In this document: positions 18,407 through 25,995 of the stretch, one piece after another
Position numbering within the stretch: the first letter of the stretch is position 1
Layout: each line of letters opens with the position of its first letter
DNA from: Vibrio cholerae ATCC 14035
Lineage (GTDB): Bacteria; Pseudomonadota; Gammaproteobacteria; Enterobacterales; Vibrionaceae
Direction: 5' to 3'
NCBI RefSeq assembly: GCF_000621645.1
Contig: NZ_JHXR01000020.1
Coordinates: forward strand, 1 to 32,000
DNA length: 32,000 nt
Translations under genes and position numbers: made by a program
The notes under the pieces: model-generated
The model's database searches: none
The model's input: only the letters and a program-made list of their open reading frames with translations
What the model was told of the DNA's origin: nothing

Positions 18407-20467
18407 GTGATAGTGAGCATGGATGTAATAAAGAGAGTGTATCAATACGCAGAACCTAATCTGTCCTTAGTCGGATGGATGGGCATGCTTGGCTTTCCTG
18501 CCTACTACTTCATCTGGGAATATTGGTTTCCGCAACCATACGAAAATTTAGGGCTGCGCTGTGCGGCAGCGGTGCTGTTTGGTGGGCTGGTGTTTCGTGA
18601 TTCGATGCCTAAGAAATGGCAGCGGTATATGCCGGGCTATTTTCTATTCACCATAGGCTTCTGCTTACCCTTTTTCTTCGCTTTTATGATGTTAATGAAT
18701 GACTGGTCGACAATTTGGGCCATGTCGTTTATGGCGTCCATTTTTCTGCATATTCTCTTAGTGCACGATACGAGAGTAATGGCGTTACAAGCACTTTTCT
18801 CCGTGTTGGTGGCCTATCTTGCGGTATATGGTTTGACGGATTTTCACCCGACCACTTTGATTGAATGGCAATACATACCGATCTTTTTGTTTACTTATGT
18901 ATTTGGGAATTTATGTTTTTTCCGTAACCAAATCTCTCATGAGACCAAAGTGTCGATTGCCAAAACGTTCGGAGCGGGGATTGCCCATGAAATGCGTAAT
19001 CCACTCAGCGCTTTGAAAACGTCGATTGATGTTGTGCGAACCATGATCCCTAAACCGCAAACTGCAGCTCATACGGATTATTCCTTGGATGCGCAAGAGC
19101 TGGATCTGCTGCATCAAATTTTGAATGAAGCTGATGATGTCATCTACTCTGGCAATAACGCGATTGATTTGCTGCTCACCTCGATTGATGAAAACCGCGT
19201 CTCTCCGGCGAGTTTTAAAAAACACACCGTAGTGGATGTGATTGAAAAAGCGGTGAAAACTTTTCCGTATAAAAATGCAGCGGACCAGCACTCGGTAGAG
19301 CTTGAAGTGCATCAGCCGTTTGACTTTTTTGGCAGTGATACTCTACTGACTTATGCGCTATTTAACCTGTTGAAAAATGCCTTCTATTATCAAAAAGAGC
19401 ATTTCTCGGTTCGTATTTCCATTGAACAAACCCGTGAGCAGAACCTTATTCGAGTCCGTGATAACGGCGTGGGGATTGCGCCAGAGATGTTGGAAGACAT
19501 TTTCCGTGATTTCTATACCTTCGGTAAAAATGGCAGCTATGGGCTAGGATTGCCATTTTGCCGCAAAGTGATGTCCGCATTTGGGGGGACGATTCGCTGT
19601 GCGTCTCAACAAGGTCAATGGACAGAATTCGTATTGAGCTTTCCTCGTTACGATTCCGATACGGTTAACGAGATAAAAACAGAACTGCTGAAAACCAAAT
19701 CGCTCATTTATATCGGCTCAAATCAAGCTATCGTTCGAGAGTTAAATCAGCTCGCAGTAGAAGATGAGTTTGGTTTTACCGCTATTTCTGCGCAGCAAGC
19801 AGTAAGACGCCAAGATTATGAGTTTGAGTTCGACCTTATTTTGCTCGACCTTGATGACGCTACGGCGCAGGGAGAACTACTGCCGAAACTTGAAGGGACA
19901 TTGAGTTTTGCAGAAGGCTGTATCGGCTATGTGTATGATCCGGGCAAAACGTACGCAGTAAACATTAACCGCTATCTGCGCATCCAACCGATCAGTATTC
20001 ATTCTATTCTCAGAAAGCCGCGGAAAATCATCGAACGCTTGTTGTTTGAGCAAGAATCCTTATCGATGAATCGTAACGTGATCCCCTTGCAAAAGAGTCG
20101 GCATGAACGACGTATTTTGGTGGTTGATGATAATCAATCGATCCGAACTTTTACGGCTATTTTGCTTGAGCAACAAGGTTATGAAGTGGTGCAAGCCAAC
20201 GATGGTAGTGAAGTGCTCAAGCATATGGAGAGTCAAAACATCGATTTAGTGTTGATGGACATTGAAATGCCGAATGTCGGGGGATTAGAAGCGACGCGTT
20301 TAATTCGCGACTCTGAGCATGAATATAAAAATATTCCGATCATTGGTTACACCGGTGATAACAGCCCCAAAACCTTGGCTCTGGTACAAACCTCCGGCAT
20401 GAATGATTTCATTGTGAAGCCTGCTGACCGTGATGTATTGCTAAATAAAGTGGCAGCTTGGGTGTAG
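18407..20467 (+). CDS. cqsS: CAI-1 quorum-sensing receptor, hybrid sensor histidine kinase
   Basis: The sequence is recognised as V. cholerae CqsS. It has about six N-terminal TM helices, an H-box (GAGIAHEMRNPLSAL), an HATPase domain (RDNGVGIAPE, GLGLPFC) and a C-terminal receiver (ILVVDDNQ...DLVLMDIEMP...VKP). With the GTG start at 18407, the His codon at 18986-18988 is residue 194 and the Asp codon at 20258-20260 is residue 618, matching the literature numbering. Confidence 0.95.
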   Translation: MIVSMDVIKRVYQYAEPNLSLVGWMGMLGFPAYYFIWEYWFPQPYENLGLRCAAAVLFGGLVFRDSMPKKWQRYMPGYFLFTIGFCLPFFFAFMMLMNDWSTIWAMSFMASIFLHILLVHDTRVMALQALFSVLVAYLAVYGLTDFHPTTLIEWQYIPIFLFTYVFGNLCFFRNQISHETKVSIAKTFGAGIAHEMRNPLSALKTSIDVVRTMIPKPQTAAHTDYSLDAQELDLLHQILNEADDVIYSGNNAIDLLLTSIDENRVSPASFKKHTVVDVIEKAVKTFPYKNAADQHSVELEVHQPFDFFGSDTLLTYALFNLLKNAFYYQKEHFSVRISIEQTREQNLIRVRDNGVGIAPEMLEDIFRDFYTFGKNGSYGLGLPFCRKVMSAFGGTIRCASQQGQWTEFVLSFPRYDSDTVNEIKTELLKTKSLIYIGSNQAIVRELNQLAVEDEFGFTAISAQQAVRRQDYEFEFDLILLDLDDATAQGELLPKLEGTLSFAEGCIGYVYDPGKTYAVNINRYLRIQPISIHSILRKPRKIIERLLFEQESLSMNRNVIPLQKSRHERRILVVDDNQSIRTFTAILLEQQGYEVVQANDGSEVLKHMESQNIDLVLMDIEMPNVGGLEATRLIRDSEHEYKNIPIIGYTGDNSPKTLALVQTSGMNDFIVKPADRDVLLNKVAAWV

Positions 20468-20482
20468 CTATTTTAGAGAAAA

Positions 20483-20504
20483 GTGGGAGAACGAGTTCTC
20501 CCAC
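20483..20504 (-). terminator. Intrinsic terminator in the cqsA orientation
   Basis: GTGGGAGAAC/GTTCTCCCAC forms 10-nt GC-rich arms. On the minus-strand RNA it is followed directly by UUUUCUCUAAAAU. On the plus strand there is no U-tract. Confidence 0.5.
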
Positions 20505-20569
20505 GGCTTATGCAAGGAAACGTTAAATTCTTTAGGAATAACGTTTAGCAGTTTTTGTTATTTATGCAT

Positions 20570-21739
20570 TTAACGAAAATAAAAATCACCGCAGTTGACC
20601 GCATCAGAGCAAACCTCAATTATTTTGGCGATTTGCTCATCGGTCACATCACTATTGAGTGATAAGCGAATAATGTTTTTATTCTTTGAAGTTGCCGGGC
20701 GGCAGAATACTGAGCCAAATACTCCATTACTTTCTAAATAATCCCGAACTTTTTCGGTATTTCGTTCATCTCCTGTTTCTAGACCAATAATTTGGCTTTC
20801 ACTGCGAATGGTTAATCCCAGCTGGGATAATCCTATGCGTAATTTTCTTGCCATACGATCTAAATGCTGACGACGATTATCCGCAGATTCAATAATCTCT
20901 AAAGTCGTTTCTAATCCTGCCGCTTCATAAGGCAGCAAAGTAGAACTAAAAATAGCTGGATAACTAATAAAAGGAACGCAGCGATTCACTTCATTGTTAC
21001 ACCAAATGGCTCCTGCGCGATAAGCAAAGGTTTTGGCCAAACTTGCGGTCATAAAATGCACTTCACGAGTGAGGCCTAATTCTGCCAATAAACCTGCACC
21101 ATTAGGGCCATGTGTGCCCAAAGAGTGGGATTCATCGACTAATAAGGCGCAGCCAAACTCTTTGCTGATATTGACCAGTTCCGCTAGCGGTGCAATCGTA
21201 CCTAAAGTGCTGTAAATCGAGTCTACGACAATGATCCCAGGACCATGACGTTGAATCAGCATACGTAAATGGTCACAGTTATTATGCATAAAAGGATGCG
21301 CCTGAGCATTGGCGTAGCGCGCCCCTTCCCATAACGACATGTGCGCGAAAAAATCAATGTAAACATTCGTATTGGGCTGGCAGATGGTTTGTAATAAACC
21401 GACGTTTGCATTCCAACCAGATTGAGATAATAGACATTCATCAAAGCCTGTGAACTTAGCCAGACGTTTCTCAATCATGGGTTTGTCATAGTCATTTTGT
21501 AGAAATGAGGCTGACATAAATAAGCTTTGTTGTTCTTCCAGTAATGACTTCGCCAAACGAGCTTTGATCAACGGATGATTGGCCAATGCGAGATAATCAT
21601 TACTTTGCAAAATAATGTCATCAGGGCTGGCTTGTTTACCCAATACAAGGTGTTTACCGTTTTTGTTTATATCAAAATAATTTTCAATATAGTGATCTAT
21701 CTTGTTCTGAATAAAATCAGGAAGTTGAGGCTTGTTCAT
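20570..21739 (-). CDS. cqsA: CAI-1 autoinducer synthase (PLP-dependent, alpha-oxoamine-synthase-like)
   Basis: The sequence is recognised as V. cholerae CqsA (389 aa, [22 protein letters not shown]...). It has the class II aminotransferase/AONS fold pattern with VDESHSLG and the PLP-lysine region MTASLAKTF. It is adjacent and convergent to cqsS. Confidence 0.95.
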   Translation of the reverse strand: MNKPQLPDFIQNKIDHYIENYFDINKNGKHLVLGKQASPDDIILQSNDYLALANHPLIKARLAKSLLEEQQSLFMSASFLQNDYDKPMIEKRLAKFTGFDECLLSQSGWNANVGLLQTICQPNTNVYIDFFAHMSLWEGARYANAQAHPFMHNNCDHLRMLIQRHGPGIIVVDSIYSTLGTIAPLAELVNISKEFGCALLVDESHSLGTHGPNGAGLLAELGLTREVHFMTASLAKTFAYRAGAIWCNNEVNRCVPFISYPAIFSSTLLPYEAAGLETTLEIIESADNRRQHLDRMARKLRIGLSQLGLTIRSESQIIGLETGDERNTEKVRDYLESNGVFGSVFCRPATSKNKNIIRLSLNSDVTDEQIAKIIEVCSDAVNCGDFYFR

Positions 21740-21889
21740 CGCAATATATCCTAGTTATAAAAAATTTAACGCCAGCTGACGAGTGATATATTGCGTGATT
21801 AAAAACGTCTGTCATCTGGGAAAAATTATTTTTATTAGCAACTTAGAATAATTAATAATTCTCGATGGTGAGGGGAGGAAAAATCATTA

Positions 21890-21908
21890 GGGGTAGGGAC
21901 TCTACCCC
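21890..21908 (-). terminator. Hairpin/terminator downstream of the TDT-family gene
   Basis: GGGGTAG-GGACT-CTACCCC. On the minus-strand RNA it is followed by UAAUGAUUUUUCC. It lies 28 nt after the stop at 21936. Confidence 0.5.
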
Positions 21909-21935
21909 GAAGAATATTCTGATATTAAAAATAAT

Positions 21936-22897
21936 TTAGGAGTTTACTGAGCGATTCTTAAATAATTCAGGCCAATACATTTTGATATATCTCCAAGAGA
22001 CCCAGGCAACTAACAAAGTAGCAATCGTGACCTCTAAAAAGCCGAAATAGTGTAGCCAATACCAGTGTGGATGATCGGTAGCGAAAAACTCGGTCAATCG
22101 TTGCATGGCAACCGCACTGATGACCGATGGGAAAGTGACTGCCGCGATGGAGGGCTGAAATTGTAGTCGCAGTAAACGCAGGTAACAGAGGTAGATGAGT
22201 AAAGTCATGGTTATGGCAATGCCCGCTAAAGCCCCTGTCAGAATCGGGTCGGGCTGCGCAAAATTGACCAGATAAGTGGCTAAGGTCAGGTTAATGGGTG
22301 CGGCCATAATCGCCAGTGTGGGGCGAGCTCTTTTCGGTAATGTACCCGCAAACACCAACCGATAAAGTACGAGCGGCAACATGACGAAATAGATAGCGAT
22401 ACAGACGTTAACCATGGTTTCCGAAAACAGGGTGTGTCCAAATTGGGTGCCTGCAAGTGAACTGCTGATGACGCCGACGGGATACAAAAACCAGCTAGGC
22501 ACAATGTTTGCGAGCTTGAATTGACGCAACTGAAAATAGAAGAACAGCGTCATCATGGTTAAATGCAATAATAAGGCTGCCGCCCAGATGGGATAGGCAA
22601 TGAAAGGAGATAGAATCGCGAGATAGTCGCAAGGATGAGTAAAGCCATACTCATCGGAGCCATTAAACTCCCTGATACGGGGTGCCGAAGATCATTAATG
22701 AAAGTACGCCAATGAAGATATTTGAGCAGTACAGGGAGTAGTAACAAGGCTCCGCTGAATGCTAAGTAGGGGCGAATCACCATGCCAACGGCAGGATAAT
22801 AGAGCACCCAAGCATGGCCGAGCCCAATCATGCCTAACGCTAATGCGGCTTGTGAAGGGGGCACGTTCTGTACTTGGGTAAATCTATGCCAATTCAA
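21936..22897 (-). pseudogene. TehA/Mae1 (TDT, SLAC1-like) family transporter gene interrupted by a single-nucleotide frameshift
   Basis: Two overlapping track ORFs (22559-22897 and 21936-22568) are collinear with a single TehA-like protein of about 320 aa (LGMIGLGHAW..., LRHPVSGS..., many TM segments). The downstream frame is already open and membrane-like upstream of its nominal start (CDYLAILSPFIAYPIWAAALLLHLTMM). The frames switch at the CGCG run near 22617-22622. The total span is 962 nt, one short of a multiple of three. The start is TTG at 22897, preceded by AGGAG. Confidence 0.75.
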
Positions 22898-22977
22898 TTG
22901 CTACTCCTTAGTATCCCCTTCCGACTTGATGCCGCAACGCCAAGTCGTTTAGGTATAAAAATCCTGATTTTAAAATG

Positions 22978-23006
22978 ATAAAAAGCCGCTTGTTTTGCGA
23001 GCGGCT
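22978..23006 (-). terminator. Intrinsic terminator of clcA
   Basis: On the minus-strand RNA, AGCCGCU-cgcaaaaca-AGCGGCU is followed by UUUUUAUCAUUUU. It lies about 35 nt after the clcA stop. Confidence 0.8.
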
Positions 23007-23043
23007 ATTATCTGGGTTCCCTTTACTTTAGGCAAATTGACTT

Positions 23044-24450
23044 TTATGAGTTGGGGCTCTGCGGTGGTAAATCTTGTTGCTGTAATTTTTGGTTTTTCAG
23101 AGTGCGATGTAATAGCTGGCTATAGATGGGTTGGCCACCCAGTAACTGGGCAAAAATCACCGCGCCTAAGCTGGTAATAATCAGTGGCAGGATCAGGTGA
23201 TAGTTATTGGTCATTTCGATCACCAATAAAATACCCGTGATAGGTGCCCGCACGGTTGCGGCGAATAACGCACCCATACCAGCAATCGCAAACATCCCAG
23301 GTTCAATATTCAGTTCTGGGAACCACACTTTAGCGATCAAGCCGAAGGCATAACCAAACAGGGTACCTAGTGCGAGCATAGGAGCAAAAATCCCCCCGGG
23401 CGCACCTGAGCCAAAGCAAAGTAAAGTGGTAAAAATTCGGCCAACAAACAGCAGCAATAAAATACCCGCTCCGTAGCCGCCATTCGTGATAGTGGGAATT
23501 AAGCTGATACCGCCACCCGTTAACTCAGGCACATAGAGCAGCAATAACCCGAAACAGCCACCGATCATTGAACCCGTTAATAGATAGCGTTTACGGTCAT
23601 TGCGATGAAATTTAACGAACAGATCTTGGGCAAGGGTAATTAAATAGTTAAACAGCACGCCAAATACGCCAAATAGGGCACCAAGAAGTAAGAATAACCC
23701 TAGCGTCGACAATTCCGGCGCATCGTATTGTGGCATCGTGATCACCGCATCTTGTCCGTTGATCACGCGAAACACAATGTTGGCCGCTACTGCAGAGATG
23801 ATCACCGCACGTACCGAGATCAGGGTATAGCGAAATTGCGGTCGCATCTCTTCGATCACAAACATAATGCCAGCAAGAGGCGCGTTAAATGCGGCAGCAA
23901 GACCTCCTGCCGCACCCGCAGCCAGCAATGAGTGGCGCGTATCTTCATTTTTGACACGGAAAATATCGGAGATCATCCGCCCAACGGCGCCGCCCATTTG
24001 TACTGTAGGACCTTCGCGGCCGAGCACCATACCTGAGCCCAACGCGCCCATGCCGCCAAAAAATTTCACGGGCAATACTCGCCACCAACGCACGGGGCGC
24101 ATGCCATCCATCGCGCCTTCAATTTCTGGAATACCAGATCCCGCAGCTTCAGGAGCAAAGCGGTGGACAAGAAAATAGCCGATGAAAGCGAGAAATGCGC
24201 TGATCAGAAACGCAGCCAACCAGAGTGGTAAAAAGCTGCCAATTTCACTTTTTAGCCAATCGGTACGAGTTTCTGAGACTAGATGTACCGCCTGTTCAAA
24301 ATAGGTGCCGACCAAGCCAGCCAAAATACCAACCAGCAATGATAAAAACAAAACTGAGAAAGGCGTCTTATCTTTTGAGAGAAATTGGTTAATCACATCT
24401 TTAGGCATTTTGGCCAGCAAACTGATCTTAAACGTCTCTCTTGTTGACAT
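23044..24450 (-). CDS. clcA: H+/Cl- exchange transporter ClcA
   Basis: The CLC selectivity-filter motifs GSGIPE, GREGPTVQ and GIFAPM are present. The length (468 aa) and topology are as in E. coli and Vibrio ClcA. Confidence 0.95.
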   Translation of the reverse strand: MSTRETFKISLLAKMPKDVINQFLSKDKTPFSVLFLSLLVGILAGLVGTYFEQAVHLVSETRTDWLKSEIGSFLPLWLAAFLISAFLAFIGYFLVHRFAPEAAGSGIPEIEGAMDGMRPVRWWRVLPVKFFGGMGALGSGMVLGREGPTVQMGGAVGRMISDIFRVKNEDTRHSLLAAGAAGGLAAAFNAPLAGIMFVIEEMRPQFRYTLISVRAVIISAVAANIVFRVINGQDAVITMPQYDAPELSTLGLFLLLGALFGVFGVLFNYLITLAQDLFVKFHRNDRKRYLLTGSMIGGCFGLLLLYVPELTGGGISLIPTITNGGYGAGILLLLFVGRIFTTLLCFGSGAPGGIFAPMLALGTLFGYAFGLIAKVWFPELNIEPGMFAIAGMGALFAATVRAPITGILLVIEMTNNYHLILPLIITSLGAVIFAQLLGGQPIYSQLLHRTLKNQKLQQQDLPPQSPNS

Positions 24451-24802
24451 ACGAATGACACCTATTGATGAATTGGGGGAAAAGATGTGCCGGAATTATA
24501 CGCTGCATAAGGTTCAACTATAGCGACAAAGTTGAAATATTGATTTACATATATGATTGATTTGATGGATCATTCTGAAAAAATTGAGATCTACACCAAA
24601 AAATGAGTAACTTTTCTGGAAAATCCAGCGTTATGTACCATAGTTAAAGCGTAAGGTTAGTGAGAACATTTCTGATGGAGGATATGGAACCTTACAGACA
24701 ATTTGGATGGAATCAAAACGTTCATATCAGTACCTCGGCTAAGAGACGCTTGCATATATAGCCAAGCGAATTCGCAAAAACTCACGATTGAGTCTACGAG
24801 GA

Positions 24803-24830
24803 AAAAGGCGCGCTCTACAGTGCGCCTTTT
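24803..24830. terminator. Orphan terminator-like hairpin in the clcA/COG0523 divergent intergenic region
   Basis: AAAAGGCGCGCT-CTAC-AGTGCGCCTTTT forms a stem of about 12 bp (one G-U pair) and has U-runs in both orientations (UUUUGCAUUU on +, UUUUUCCUCG on -). No annotated gene ends here, because both neighbours are transcribed away from it. Confidence 0.55.
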
Positions 24831-24916
24831 GCATTTAAGCTTTTATGCTGTCCACGAAATTTGAAACTGCTTCTTTAAAAGCTTTTGGATATACTTCGGC
24901 CAAAAGGAGAATCAGC

Positions 24917-25906
24917 ATGATTAATCGAGTTCCGACCAATATTATTACGGGTTTTCTGGGCGTTGGAAAAACCACCGCGATTTTGCACCTGCTAGCCACG
25001 AAACCTGCGCATGAAAAATGGGCTGTGCTCGTTAATGAGTTCGGCGAGATTGGTATTGATGGTGCCATCATGAGCGAGCAGGGTGCGATGATCAAAGAAG
25101 TACCGGGGGGATGTCTGTGCTGCACGGCTGGGGTTCCAATGTCCGTTGGCATTAACGCCTTGTTGCGTCAAAAGCCCGATCGTTTAATCATCGAACCCAC
25201 AGGATTAGGGCATCCTAAGCAAGTGGTCGCCACGTTAATTTCTGAGCAGTATCAGCCTTATGTGGACTTAAAAGCCACGATTGCGTTGATGGATCCACGC
25301 CACTTGAGCATGGATAAATACCGCAGTAACCAAAATTTCAACGACCAACTGGCGAGCGCGGATATTGTTTTGGGGAACAAAGTCGATCAGTGCAGCAGTA
25401 GTGACATTGATGCCTTTAATGATTGGATTACGGACCAAACGCCGGCCAAAACCTTTAGTCAGCTCATCAAGCAAGGGCAATTCCCTATAGAGTTACTGGA
25501 TATGCCGCGTTTGGTCGGTCATGCATCCACTCATATTGACTCCCATCATCACCACCATGCTGCCGATGAGCCGCAATTTCAGCTTGCACCTCAACAGCCA
25601 TTTTTGCGCAAAGAAAATCGCGGCCAAGGCTATTTTAGTTGTGGCTGGCTGTTTGGTGCGGAGTATCAGTTTAACTTCGATCTGTTGTTTCAACTGCTGA
25701 ATGATTTAACCGCCGAGCGAGTGAAAGGGGTGCTGAATACCGATCGCGGTTGCTACGCTTTCAACGTGGCGAATGGCGTGGTTTCTGTGACTGAAATGAG
25801 CTTAGACGGTTTTGAATCGCGCTTAGAAGTGATTGATTCACAACTGATGCCTTGGAGCGAGTTAGAAAGAATACTGCTCAAGATTGCAGGTATTCCACAG
25901 GCGTAA
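24917..25906 (+). CDS. COG0523-family (CobW/YjiA-like) metallochaperone GTPase
   Basis: It has Walker A (GFLGVGKTT), the CxCC metal motif GGCLCC (25113-25124), a His-rich stretch HIDSHHHHHAADE (His run at 25544-25558) and a CobW C-terminal-like domain. The preferred start is the ATG at 24917 with AAGGAG 8 nt upstream. The track start at 24845 adds 24 non-conserved residues. Confidence 0.85.
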   Translation: MINRVPTNIITGFLGVGKTTAILHLLATKPAHEKWAVLVNEFGEIGIDGAIMSEQGAMIKEVPGGCLCCTAGVPMSVGINALLRQKPDRLIIEPTGLGHPKQVVATLISEQYQPYVDLKATIALMDPRHLSMDKYRSNQNFNDQLASADIVLGNKVDQCSSSDIDAFNDWITDQTPAKTFSQLIKQGQFPIELLDMPRLVGHASTHIDSHHHHHAADEPQFQLAPQQPFLRKENRGQGYFSCGWLFGAEYQFNFDLLFQLLNDLTAERVKGVLNTDRGCYAFNVANGVVSVTEMSLDGFESRLEVIDSQLMPWSELERILLKIAGIPQA

Positions 25907-25952
25907 ATCACAGGCCTTTCTTTGCGAAAAAGATTTACGAAAAAGATTTGTG

Positions 25953-25979
25953 AAAAAGGCGAGTCATACTCGCCTTTCT
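25953..25979. terminator. Bidirectional intrinsic terminator between the COG0523 gene and rbgA
   Basis: AAGGCGAGT-CAT-ACTCGCCTT is flanked by an A-run upstream and TTCTGTT downstream, between convergent genes. Confidence 0.75.
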
Positions 25980-25995
25980 GTTATGCGCGGAATGA

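Noticed and set aside
23867-24178. 103-aa plus-strand ORF antisense to clcA. Comparable embedded ORFs include 12187-12600, 11814-12152, 15278-15742, 17070-17432, 28110-28616 and 26537-26944.
   Set aside because: All lie entirely within strongly supported genes, either antisense or out of frame. They have Ala/Pro/Arg/Ser/Cys-rich, low-complexity compositions typical of shadow ORFs, and they lack an RBS or any recognisable motif.
24618-24626. GGAAAATCC, reminiscent of a conserved segment of cobalamin riboswitches, upstream of a CobW-family gene
   Set aside because: No B12 box or the other conserved riboswitch helices are visible nearby. An isolated 9-mer is not evidence.
25925-25959. Tandem 13-bp repeat CGAAAAAGATTTA x ~2.7, immediately after the COG0523 stop
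   Set aside because: It is short and A-rich and merges into the A-tract of the bidirectional terminator. It is most simply a slippage duplication in a 3' UTR, and no function is evident.
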